NCBI GenBank assembly: GCA_965153455.1
Contig: OZ234493.1
Span: forward strand, 34,338,213-34,402,212
Direction of reading: 5' to 3'
DNA: 64,000 nt
DNA from: Sphagnum compactum
Taxonomy: Eukaryota
In this document: positions 13,101-25,919 of the stretch, one piece after another
Layout of the letters: the number at the start of each line of letters is the position of its first letter
How positions within the stretch are numbered: the stretch's first letter is position 1
The notes under the pieces: generated by a model
What the model was told of the DNA's origin: nothing
The model's input: the letters and a program-made list of their open reading frames with translations, nothing else
Databases searched by the model: none
Translations under genes and position numbers: made by a program

Positions 13101-16100
13101 AATTTTCCAATGGTGTACAAACCAAGGCGTTTTCATTAAGTGGCGGACGTTCTCTTGTGACTTCTTGATGTTACCAAAAACTCGGGGGTGCCTGATAGAA
13201 CTACTAACGCATCACTATTTGTACTTCAACTAGAATGGTTGTAGTAAGTGCATATGTACATCTCTACCGAAAATTTTCCAAGGGGATATTCCACAGAACA
13301 ACAAAAGAAACTAGTGTTCAAGATGTTATTTTTGCAAGCATTAATGGAAAGCTGTACAAACAAGAGCAAGATCAAATTTTGTACCAATGTTTGCATGATG
13401 ACAAGATTTCGGTAATCCTACGAGAAATGCATGAAGGAGTTGGTGGTGGACATTTTTTGGTGAACATCATAGCCCAAAAGGTATTGGATGCCAAGTATTG
13501 GTGGCCAACTCTACACAAGGATGCCCATGCCCAACAACACTATCAATCTTGTGATGCTTGAAAACGAACCAAAAATCTCTTACATACCCTAATGGTGAAG
13601 TTGATCACCATGTTCCCAGCTAAACCATTCATGAAATGGGGTGTGGACTTCATTGGCCCCATTAAACCCGTGAGTCGCTCACACGACAATAAGTACATTT
13701 TGATTGCTACCAATTATGCAACCAAATGGGTGGAAGCAAAAACATTAATGACCAACACAGTTGTAATCACAACTCAATTCATTTATGAATTCATTCTTAC
13801 CAGGTTCAATTGCCCTCTCACTTTGGTTAACAACCAAGGTACCCATTTTATCAATGAAATTATCGAGATCTTCACCATTCATTTTTTGTTTCAGCACACT
13901 AGTTGTACAACTTACTACCCTTAGGGAAATGGTCATGCCAAATCTACCAATAAGGTTATTGGGCTGCTATTGACCAAACTTGTAAATGAAAATTGCATGA
14001 GTTGGGATAATCATCTCCACACTATTATGTTTGCTTACAGAACAATTTTCAAGATGGGCACATGTCATAGTCCTTTTTAGTTGGTGTATGGATTGTGCGC
14101 TTTGATGCGTATCGAATATTTGCTACCTACAACCAATTCTGCAACGTTTCAAGATTTCACCATGACATGAGTACTTAGTACTTGACTATTCGAGTTTAAA
14201 AGTTGGAGGAATCACAGACACTTGTAGTAAAAAGCACAAGTATGCGATAATGGAATCATGCACTATGGGCATGAAATCATTACTGAACCAAGTCCTTCTC
14301 GCTTGGGGACCATGTGTTTTGGTTTCCAAAAGCACACAAGGAACACACAGGCAAGTTCAAACAACGTTGGTTTGGACCAAATAAGATTCAATATTGTTTA
14401 CCTAATAATACAACCTTTATAGTGATTATAAACAAGTTTGATCCCAACCCCATCTTAGTCAACATCAATAAAACTAAAGCCTTACTGACTCCAAGACACA
14501 ACTACTTCCAAAGGACTAGAATCAATAGTCAAAAGGGGGAGGGATACAGTTAATACCAAAATATGGTTCAACCCTGCAATCCTGGAAAATGCATTGGGTA
14601 TAGGCACACAATTTTCATTTTTGGTGGAAGGAACCAAAATCAAAATCACAACTTGGAATTGAAAACCAAGATTTGGTAGTTGGAACCGAAATTTGAAACC
14701 TACCAACTCAAATCAAAAATTGTACAATAGGGTCCAGAAACTGAAATTTTGTTGCCAACTCGAATTCGAGATTTGAAGTGAGTAATCAAAATTCATGACT
14801 CATGGTCATTACACGAATTAATCGAAATTGTTGAGTCAAGGAATATTGGTCAAATTTCGAATATGGAATACCTTATAGTCAATTCATATGTTGTAGAATT
14901 AGTTGTTAATGTTGTCGATGGGGAATTGGTGGATGAAAGTAGAACACATCTTCTGGCATCCATTGGCATTTTTTGTTTGTTCGTTGAAACATTATCCAAC
15001 AAAAAAAAATGCAGAAAGATCATCAGTGAACCAATGTTGCGTTTTGGCAACAATGTGTTTTTGAAATCCAACGAAAATGTACAACGTGTCACCTGAATCG
15101 ATATCCAAGAATCGATACTACGTTCCGCAAACAATGTGGCTATTTAAAAAAATAATTCGATTTTGACAACTGAGTATAAATGTGGGACCCTCTTTCCCAT
15201 TTCACCTTTTGCATTTATTTTTTTCTCGTTCCTCTCAAGTTGCTCCTAGAATGTAGAAAATCGGTAGATTGACTAGAAAGTTAATTTTTGTTAAAATGAA
15301 AGGAGTGAGCAAGGAAGAGGCAAAAAGGCTCTCATAACAAGAGAAAGAGAAAAAATAGGTGTTGTAGAGCAGAAAAAGGAAGAAGAGGGAACCGAAATGG
15401 AGAAAAAATCGAAAAATGAGAGAAAGCGAAAAATAATGAGTTTTTCCAGTGCAGGTAGGCTAATGTTTAGCTAGATGGACAAATTCCAACGTTGGGTAGG
15501 TAGCAAGGATGTAGCATGGGCACATACAATTGTGCTTTCCGATTTGATGACCCTCAAATTGACACCCATTCGACATTTGGTCAAAGAGTTTTTATAGTCC
15601 ATAGTTCAGTTAAAGGTAGATGCATTAGAATCTGTGGTGTAGGTAGTTTTAATAATTATTACTGAAAATCGCATCGCAAAGATGTTGTGTTTGCCACAAA
15701 CCCAAATCACGAAGTCAATATCATCCTATGACATTGGTTTCTGGTCGACCAGACTTTCCAACTATTGAACTTCGAAGACAAGGATGAAGAGGAGGATAGC
15801 TCTTCAACAGAGCCCAATCCTGATGTGAAGAACAAGGGGCAAACAACATCTCCTCAAGCCGAGCCATTTGACCTTGACAATCCTCCCCAAATGCAATGGG
15901 AAGGTGGTCAGTCGAGCCAACAACCATTTTCCAATTCTGCATTGGAAAAAGACATACTGCCAACAATGGGCAGTTTATACATGGGACGTTTATGATAGTG
16001 ACCACCAGCCCCCTCCCCCAGGAAGTGGACACCTAAGGAACAATCCCAGTTTCACAAGCCAAGCCCAAAAAGGTAGGACAAGACAAGGAGTCCAAGTCAA

Positions 16101-17570
16101 AACACACCATAAAAAACTTCACATGTGAGGCCTACCCTCACATTTTTTGGTACTACCCTCTCACACCCAATTCTTGTCCCAAAGGTTGCATGATAGGTTG
16201 TAGGGTGAGGGTATTCCCATGGATGGTATACCAAAAATGGACACTCTGAACTTCAATTCCAATTGGACCTAAGCAAGGTCTTCTCCTAGAGATGCAGAAG
16301 CCTCATTTTCGATACGCCCCTTTCACACCCTTGGTTCGATTGGACCTAGACTTCAACAGGAAAGGGAATTTCTTCCCTAGAAATCCTTTCTACAAGGTTT
16401 GGAGGACCACCTACGTGTTTTCGGTAATTATGAGCAGACGATAGGGACATTGCGACACGCTTTTGAAGCAGCCATTACTGAAAAGAGGCTGCACTCAAAT
16501 ATGTTTTCAACACAAAGGCCGAGGTCTTGTGTTTGAAAAACGAATTACACCAAGCATAAACACAAGTTCGACATGATGCTTTGACAATTCAAGCATTAGA
16601 GCGAACTAAGTCCAACTTTGCAAGTATGCAAAGTCAGTTGGACAAGTCTCTAGCAAAAAATGAGGGGTATTGAGCTCAATTCCCTACCCTCCAAGACCAG
16701 CTAATTGTTATTCAGGCTGATCTAGATCATTTGTAGGTCGAATGAACAAAGTTGGAGGTTGAGTAACAAAAAGTGGAGATGAACTGGAAATCGTTAGAGT
16801 TCGTTGCGACAATGGATGCACGCAAGCTCATAATTGCAACAAAACAAGCCAAACATTTTGAGAAGGAGAATGCGAACTTAGACACGAGACTGCATTCCCA
16901 AGCAAATGATTTGAAAGAGTCTACTGAAACCATTGAACGTCTACAACTTAATATCCATGAGTTATCCTACCATGCTCCCATCATTTAGGAACAACTGGAG
17001 GACTTGCGATAACAAATTAGGTTGTTCATTCGAAAGGCTGAGGAGGTAGATTACTCCTTCCACCGAATGGCTGAGTTGGAGGGGATTAGAACCAAAAACG
17101 CATTCATGAAAGCAGAGCTCCTCATTTATCAACAGAAGGTAAAAAAGAATCAAGTTGAACAGTGGGAGTTCTACAAGGCACAAATTATCGAAATTTTGAA
17201 TGAGGCCTTCTCTAGTTACCAAAAAGTTGAGGAACCGTTGAAACTTCGATTAACTACTTATGCCCAAGCTTTCCCCGACTTTGTCTTACCTCCTTTTATT
17301 GCCCCCTCTTCTAGCTAGGATGTTGTCGAAAACTAGATTTGGGATAGTCGCTATGGAAAGAGTAGAGGAAGGATTAGAACCATGATGGAGGTGGATTCCA
17401 TTACTGCAAAAGTGGCAACCAAAAGCACTCAGGTTGCACTTGACATTACCGAAGCTGCCACCAAAACTATGCATCCCTCAACCCTGTTTACCATCATAGA
17501 AGCTAAAGAAGGTACCGGAAACCTTCAACGAAGGGATGGAATTGGAATTGCTCCTATGGTAGAGTAGATA
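10200..17570 (+). mobile_element. Degenerate non-chromoviral Ty3/Gypsy retrotransposon internal region (gag end, pol, extra ORF); LTRs not identified
   Basis: Domain order is zinc knuckle (CNFCHKPRHLKEC), protease (VLLDGG; MLLGRPWL), RT (MPFGLKNVP, FLDD), RNase H (FVFYVDH), then integrase (HEGVGGGHF...[24 protein letters not shown]). Many stops and frameshifts. Confidence 0.92.
15296..17567 (+). pseudogene. Decayed accessory ORF downstream of Gypsy pol (env-position ORF with long coiled coil)
   Basis: ORF fragments at 15765, 16773, 17022 and 17382 share one frame register. Intervening stops are mostly explicable as CAA/CAG/CGA to TAA/TAG/TGA. The N-terminal part reads HLVKEFL*S...ESVV*...IIITENRIAKMLCLP. 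The C-terminal half is rich in L/E/Q/K heptads. Confidence 0.7.
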
Positions 17571-19479
17571 GTATTTTGGTAAAAATCCTAGATGTAGGAT
17601 AAGGTTGATAACTTGGAATTTAGGAAGATTTCTAGGTACTTTTCAAATTTTTTAGGATCCCCACCATTTTCTTACAGACTTGAAGTCTTCTATTAGGGAA
17701 GCTCAAAGGGTCTTTCTTTGGATCTTTGTTTGGATATGACTATAATGTATTTTTTGCATTTTGAAGCTCTTCGAATGAAACAAGTTTTGTTTTTGTTCAA
17801 GTTTTTGGTTTTGTTCGAGTTTTTGGTTTTGCAAAGTACGTTGAAGTTGTCTTTCCCCCTCGTTTTAATTACCAACTTTGGAGATGTTGCAGAGTTGTTT
17901 ATTATTATTTACTTATTTTTTTTGAAAAAATGGTAGGCTATTTGCCTAATTGTTTCCACATGTTTTAAAGTGACTATTTGTCACTAAAGACTAGTAGATT
18001 TGACGTGTTCAAGTTTGTACTGATTTTCAATCAAGTACCCAAAAACATTCGAGAATTCACTGGGTGGGCCTAACATATTCACCCACAAAATTGTGCCAAA
18101 GACCAACATAATAACTAAAAGACAATTGTAAGAAATCCCTATCAACTTAACATTTGAAAAGATACTTGAAAAGAAATTCAATTTTTAACAATAAGCACAT
18201 CATATCAAACCAAACCAAAAAAAATGACTTTAACAAAAAACCGTAACCTAAATTTTATCTCTATAATAAAATCATCTACATACAATGTCCTAGGAGCTTA
18301 ATTAGTTTATTGACAACTCTAATAACACTATGTGCATGCATTAATTTTGAAGTTCAAGTTCATGAGTTACCATTCAAGGTTAGAGACACGTTTGTTTTAA
18401 TACTATGAAGACATTGTAATTTACACAACAAAGAAAAGAAAAATGAAACTAACAAAGAGCATAAAAAAGAAAACAATTACATATCTACATGCATAGGCAA
18501 AATAACCACTACATATGTGAATGGTGGACTATTTTAATTCAAGTACTTACTTTTACTAAATACCAAGTAGGCAACAATAATTATTTGCATTAACATATAT
18601 GTCAACAACTCAGGCCACAATGTGTTCACCTTGGTGCAAGGTAGGCGCAAATTCTATATTAAAAATGTTCATTGCTTACTTAAAACAATGCAAAATTCCA
18701 TTCAATGTTCCATTTCAGCATTTCGAATTTGTGGTTTCATTATGCAAAAAAAATTTATGGATTGTTTTTACACAATTTTCTTCTTACAACTATTGTTTTT
18801 TTTGCTAAATTTTATTTCCTTACTTTAAACAAAATTTGTGGTCAGAATACAGTTAGATTTATCAAAACCACAAACACAACAAATAAAAAATAAAAATCCA
18901 TGGCTTTTCATCAAATTTACACTTCTCTTTTTACTCATAATTGAACATATCAACAATCTATAGTTTTAAAAGATAGGAATCAAAACTAAAAACATGAAAA
19001 ATCTATGGTTTTTTAATACCAACAAAACTCTGAATTCAAAAATGTGTGTCTTTGTCTAACTCTAATAATTCTCTCCTTAACTCCATGTGTGTAAAACAAC
19101 AAGTCCTAAATTCTAACAATTTCTAGAACCTCATCTTAAATCACTTCCTTCCAAAAGTAATTCAAAATTAAAAATGTTCAACAATCTTCATTTTATCCCA
19201 ACTCCTTCATTGCTTTGGTTAATCCCTACCATTCTCCTAATTTATACTGTTTTGGTTAATCATTACCTACACCAAGTAATAGTGTATTAAAAAACGCACC
19301 TACACTATTACAAAACCATGGTTTTTATACCCCCTACGTTTTGACTACAATGATTGTGGAGTCAACTACACTTGACTATTTAACTAATCATATCTATGTT
19401 TAGTAAAATGAAAAGTAAGTGAGTATGATATGACTTATAATAAATGACATCATACTTAGACAAGACATACCAAAGCATA

Positions 19480-19880
19480 TGTGGCATAGTACAATGCATA
19501 TGTGGACAATGTAAATGACTACAATTTGTTAGGTAGTTTTTAACATGGACTATAACACGTCAAATGTGACTTAAGACAATCATGTGTTTTTTGACATGGA
19601 ACATGATGTGTCAAACATTACTAAAAATAATTATAGACATTTTGAGGTGGATTGTGACATGGAATATGACGTGTCAAACATGACTAAAAAATATTCATAA
19701 ACATTTTGAGGTGGATTGTGACATGGATGATGTGATTAAAAACTATCGTAAAGATTTTGAGATGGATTGTGACATGGATCAGGTGACTAAAGAAAATCAT
19801 ACTTTTATTGACATAGATTATGATATGTGGCATGTGGCAAAATTAAGTCAATATGTTCATCTTGCCACACGTGTAATTAA
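19480..19880. repeat. Degenerate tandem/subterminal repeats of a probable DNA-transposon relic
   Basis: TTTTGAGGTGGATTGTGACATGGA-like units recur at ~19640, ~19705 and ~19756, with further GACATGG/TGTGGCA motifs. Confidence 0.6.
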
Positions 19881-20983
19881 TATTAAAAAAATTAAATACA
19901 TTTTGAAACACTAAAAAAAGCCCAGAAGAGATCATAAAAGGAAAGTGGGAATATATTTATATATATAAATATAATATAATAGGAAATCAATGTTTTAAAT
20001 GTTTGGGCATGATTCCCATGTTTAATTATCATTGTCAGAAGTTGTTGCATATTTTTCTAAGCTATCCATTCCATCTACTCCTCCAATATTGCATTTTAAA
20101 TTTATAGGATGGTTCTCAAGTGAATGGTTCTCATTGGAGTGAGAACCGAAGGGTTGGGTATTAGCTTAAGTATCACCTTGGGTGATACCTGGTTTGATTC
20201 TTTGTGAAACCATTGGCTAATACCTGGCCCAGTTACGACACCTATTCCATACCTGCCCAACACAAGTGATTATCCATTGCCAAACACAAAGTTTCTCATG
20301 ATTTTGTTTGAACTTTTTGGAAATGTCAGAACCATGTAACATGTTTGCATCAACTAGTTGCAGTTTGCTTACCTCTTTCTAGTAGAATCTGCATGGAGAT
20401 ACATAAGGGATTCTCTCCAGAAAACAGAAATACCTGATGTCCATCCAAATTCAAAACTTGAAGCCGACAAAAGAAACCCCAAAACTTTAACAACTCTTAC
20501 CTGCCCTCAAACTTCATGAATTGATGGTCCTCCACACAGATAGACTTTCCTACCAAGATGCCAGAGTTAGATTCTCAAGTCTCAGAATTAGTTTTGCTTA
20601 GTTACCATTCGGTAAGTCAACACGTATGAGTCCAGTTGTCATACACATCCACTTTGCTTGTACCAGAGTTGCAATTTCAACAAAATGAAATGCTGGGTCC
20701 TTGGGTCCCCCTTCATGAGCCAGCCCTACACTAAGAGAGGCCTTTAAGAAACCCAGTTTCAGTATATCTATACAGGATATCAATTGGCACCATCATCCAT
20801 GATCATGACAAATGTTCAATGGACATGTTTGCTGAGTCACATAAGGTGAGAAGAATGTTGAGACAATTTAATTGCAATTGGCCTGAATTGGACATAATCC
20901 CATTTCAGCAAATGCTTGATGTGATAAGGATAATGAGGCAGGCAACTACTATAATACAATGACTAGTTACTCTGAAAGCTGGG

Positions 20984-23829
20984 TCATAAACCAGTGAGAG
21001 CCACAGTGTCATCCTTTACAACCTCAAACTCTTCATCTTCATCACCTGCAGATGAACAACAGCCAGTCACAGGTTGATTGATACCAAAGAAACCTAACAA
21101 AACAGCAATTGCTCCCAACATGTCAAGGCCAGATGGAACTTTTCCACGAAGAGAATCGACGACAGCTGCAAGGGGCACTTGAATGTTTAGCCCTGCTGTT
21201 GCTGCTGTTGGTGTCGTCAATAATACTGCTTTCGCCCAAAGATAATCACTTAAGACATTATCGAATAACCCTGCAATTACAATCACTTTAACCAAGTATC
21301 AGCAAACCAACCCAGTGCAAGTGTTGCTGTGCTCTGATTTCAAGTAAATCCAGTAGCCAAAAATGGCCAAACATTGAAACTCATCATTTTGACCAAACAA
21401 AATCCCTCCATTTCCAGAATGCTCAGACACCTTATGTGACCTAGCAAACATGTAACCTCCCACTTGTTTGACCTGAAGGTGAAATCAAGCTCTCATTCTA
21501 CACAGGAAATCACAGTAGGAAGACTTATGCACAGCAAAGCAGCAGTAACATGATCAGTGGAAAGAGCTTTCAAGCAGAACTAATCCCAAAGATGAGCACC
21601 CCATTGTCTTGTATCTTCAGAATGATACAAATTGTTGGAATGCTTAGAAAGAAGAATGAGACAAGGACAAAAAGACCAATAGTAATGAGACACTGCCTAC
21701 AAAGAAAAAAGGAGTTCAGTGGGAGTGAGCAGACCTTTGCACAGGACAAGGCCAAATTGGGTGAGGGAGGGTCGATGAAAACGCTCCACAAATGCAAAAT
21801 ATAGGAAGCCCACGGGTGCCAGCAGCAATGCGTTAAACAAACCAAGATACCCAAAAAACAAGGCAGTGCTGGCTTTGCCTTCTGTGGAATCCTCATCAGG
21901 CAAGCATTTGCGCAGGAGGGTAGTATAAATGGCATAGAATAGTGCCGACAATAGGCACAGCATATCACCCCATACTGCATGGGAAACACTACCCTTATCT
22001 TGTTCAGAATCCGCAAGGCTAACCACAATGGTTCCCAACATGCACAACAGCACGCTACATAGTTTCAGCCATGTGAACTTCTCTCGCAACACTGCCATTG
22101 ACACCAGAAATGTGAACAGACTTGAAGCACTGCTCAGGATTGTATTTGACTGTTGCATGCACCAAGCACAAATTAATGTCAATGTACATAATGTCAGATT
22201 TTGCCTCTCAATCTCAAACCCTCTCTCTGTATTCCCTCTTTGCCCAATTAAGTACAATCGGACATCCCATGAAAATCCAAGAACTGAAAGCATCTGAGGG
22301 AACTCTAGCACAAATGAATGCAATCACCAAACTCCACTCCAGGTGACTGTGAACATCAAAATCATACATGTTTAGTTTTGTTACTGGAGGAAGCCTGTGA
22401 TAAGGCACTGGCCCAACCACTTAAAGAAGGAAAGACAAGAGTCCAGGAAATCGGCCTGTTAGACTACTCTGGCTGGTTGCTAGAGCCATGATGTTCAACA
22501 ATGCTACACATCAATATTCAATGAACTGTCATGATACTAAAATCTGCTACAAGTTCAAAGAGGGTCATGAGCCTTAACTAGCCACTCAGAATCACAAGTC
22601 ACTGGCACAGATGGATGTGTAGCCATCATAGTCATGCACAATGAGGCATGTTAAGATTTGCTCTAGCACATCATGATGTATGGCAGTGTCTGCAAACTGC
22701 AATTTCAGGAAACTATGCATAATACCAAACCACAGTTGACTGATACTAAAATGTTAGACCACTCTGGCCAATTACTAGAGCCTTGATGTTCAACGATGCT
22801 ACACATCAAGATTCAAGGAAATGCCATGATACTAAAACTGGTATGAATTCAAAGAGGGTCACGAGCTGTAACTAGCCACTCAGAATCACAGTCTGCTGGC
22901 ACAGATGGTGTAACCATCATAATCATGCACAATGAGATATGTTAGGATTTTCTTTGGCACGTCATGACATATGGCAGGGTATGCAAACTGCCATTTCAGG
23001 AAACTATGTGTTATACCAAACAACAGATGACTTATCACTAATTCTCACTTGCTTGCTGCCAGAATCAAATTTTGAGCCCTTCATCTACTCTCTCCGAAAG
23101 TTCTATCTGCAATCACCAAATGTTCTCTCTGGATACTTTCACAATCTGGGGCAATTCTCCAGATTTTCAGTAATTCAAAAGAATAAGCAAAGAAATCTTA
23201 ACCCTAAATCAATTAATTGCAGGTGTTAAAGTCCACACAGAGGGGGGAGGGAAGCTAGAGAGAAGAGTGGATCTTACAGTGACACTAGTATACTTCAGGG
23301 ACAAATTAAATGTAAATTGCGCAGCGAACCAGAAGGGACAGATGAGCAAGCCCACTTTAGCAATCTCCATCCTGCTCCATTCTCTAACCTGAACTCCATT
23401 AATCACTTCCTCCTCGTCTCCCTTTCGTCTTACTATTCCCCCAGGATGATGATGCCTGATTCCCCCATCTTCCAAAACTCCAGCAGCAGCAGCAGCAGGT
23501 TCCAAAAGTAGGGTTTCCTGTTCTGGCCTAGATATTGAATCCCCTTCCTCTTCCTCCTCCTCCTCCACATGCCTCTCCTTCTGCTTCAGATTCTCTTGGT
23601 TTTTTTCTTGCCGTTGCCGCAAGTTGCGACTAAACCAGAGCTGGGCATAACGGCCTCCTTCCACAATGGGAAGGTAGATCACAAACAAGGAGTTGCAGAT
23701 GTATGTGATAAAGAAGGGAGAGATACCGGCATCTTCCACAGATTGCACCAAAAAACTTGCAACGATCCAAATCACTGCCACTGCTATCACGTACACCATT
23801 CCTAATGTCCATCTCCATGTCTTCTCCAT
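20984..23829 (-). CDS. EamA/DMT-superfamily transporter, SLC35F5 / THI74 / YML018C-like
   Basis: Exons 23829-23278, 22149-21735 and 21270-20984, GT-AG and in frame. Motifs PFFITYICNSLFVIYLP, FWFAAQFTFNLSLKYTSVT-SNTILSSASSLFTF and GLFDNVLSDYLWAKAVLLTTPTAATAGLNIQVPLA. Multiple TM segments. Confidence 0.93.
22457..23031. repeat. Two-copy ~295-bp tandem duplication inside intron 1 of the transporter gene
   Basis: Copies begin TGTTAGACTACTCTGGC (22457) and TGTTAGACCACTCTGGC (22752) and stay colinear to ...ATACCAAAC.ACAG.TGACT. Confidence 0.9.
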
Positions 23830-23929
23830 CGCTTCTCTCGCTCCCTCCCTCCCTCGACCTCGACCTCGGGTTTCTTCGGCGACGACAACAAGCAAACCCT
23901 AAACGGGCAGACACTCGCTCTCTGCGCAG

Positions 23930-24200
23930 TTTGTAGCCAAAGTGGCGATGATCCAATTGAATATTTAGCCAAATTTGGCAAAAAACTACGTATGAAACTA
24001 ATTATAAAAAAAGAAGCATCCTTCTATATTTTTGGCTACCCTACTTGAACCATGTCTAGAAAATCTGACGATTTTCCTTAAGATTTTGGACAAATTATGG
24101 CTATTGAAAATCTCAAAAACAACTTTTTTTAGCATTTTTCATTTTTAATTTCCATTTTTGGCTATATGTAGACCACTAGCACAAAAAAAGAGAGGCTGGC
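23930..24200 (+). repeat. Copy of the dispersed repeat family seen at 4212-5030
   Basis: TGTAGCCAAAGTGGCGATGATCCAATTGAATATTTAGCCAAATTTGGC...ATGAAA...GCATCCTTCTATATTTTTGGCTAC. Confidence 0.8.
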
Positions 24201-25919
24201 AGTTAGTTACTTAGGGCTACTGTTTTTCATTCATCTCAATCTCTGGGTCACTTTTTTATCTGCAATTGATTTTTAGTTAGGGTTTTCATCAGCCAAGAAT
24301 TTTAATTTTCTACTTAAAATTATATTGCAGAATGAATATATATATATATTTGGTGTCATTTTCATTCGCCAAATTTTCTTTGTAAAATTATATTACAGAA
24401 TGAACTTGGTTTTGTAAATTCAGTAGCTGATTCTGGTGGTCTATGTCATTTTCATTGGATTAAATAAACCCTAAACTTTTCATTATGGATTGGAATGTGC
24501 CAAAAATTGTTAAAGCCAAAAATTAAATAGATTTATAACCAATGTTAATTCTTGTGAACATGAATTTTTTTTAAAAAAAAAACATTAAATAAAAATATTA
24601 AAAGTTCCCAATGGCCAAATGGAGTGAGTTGAGAAGAATTTTCAAAAATGGACAAAACAAAGGTTCAAAACAAAAATTTCGCCATTGTCAAATGGTGTGG
24701 CTAGTGGAAAACTTTCAAGATTTAAAAAAACAAAATGTGGTAAAAAAAAACCCAAATGGCCAAATGGGGCAATTCGTGGAACAAATCTATGTCTTCTTTG
24801 CCAATGCTAGCAACATCACAAAACAATATTGATAGTTGAACTTTTAAATTTATTAAAATTTCAGCACAAATAATGAATATTTTAGAAAAAAGTTTGACAA
24901 AACAAAAAATAATTTAATTTATGCCGAAATGGTAAAGGTACTATGATATAGGAAGACTTGAAAAAGGGTATGCTTAGGCTTATGGTAAAGTTTTTCCTTG
25001 TGCATTATGTTGGATAAGGCCCATTATGAGGGAAATTCTCAAAATGTGGGTTTAAAACTCAACTACAACTACATCATAAGTTGTTTACTTTGGGAATGCC
25101 ATGGGCACTTTATTGTTTTACCTTACACTTTTGGGTGCCTTCAAAGTTATGGTGTGGTGTTCTTGTCTCCAAGCCTCAAACCATTTTTTATCCAGAGTAT
25201 GATTGAGAAGGTGATTTCAAATTACATTTTAAACTGATCTATAACAACTATTGGATTTAAATATGGCACAAAATTCTCAACACTTTGTTGGATGTCATGT
25301 GCATCCACATGAACCTTAAAACACATTCCAACCTTTGCAATGATGCTTCCAAGCAATTCCACAAAACCATTGCTCCATTACATTCTGGAGCATCAAATGT
25401 GCTAACTACTCTTTTAAGATTCAGAAGTTTAGGGTTTAGGAGATAAACCTGGTTCATACACTTGACTACAGAAATGGTTGCAAAACAACATGTGATTCTA
25501 CCTCCTCAAAACAGCAACAAATGCAGGCACAATAAGCAACATAAAAGGTGTGGACATGCAGACAATTTTAGCACTAATAAATGGTCTGTCTATCCATCTT
25601 ACAAAGCCATATAAAAATCCAACTAACCTGTATTTTGACAGCATTTTTTATGGCATTGTTGTTGGGATTTTGCAGCAAATTATAAAGCCATTTGAAACCC
25701 AATATCAATTTGTAAGTGTGTGCTTTGATTAACATACGGGTCAACTGCTGTCAGAATGCAATTCTACGGCTGTAAGTACAGCAATAAAACAGTGTATCAG
25801 GTTTCTATCTAGAGCAATATTATCAATGAAGAATTAGGTTTCACACATTTTGCAGTATGATTAGGATTAGAAGATAGCATATACTTAATTGGATTAGAAG
25901 TTTTATTGGGTTAAGTATC

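Noticed and set aside
14310..14800. Chromodomain after the Gypsy integrase
   Set aside because: No chromodomain motif (Y.VKW.G) is recognisable.
17570..18300. 3' LTR/PPT of the Gypsy element
   Set aside because: No clear PPT-TG junction, and no second copy in the window to confirm it.
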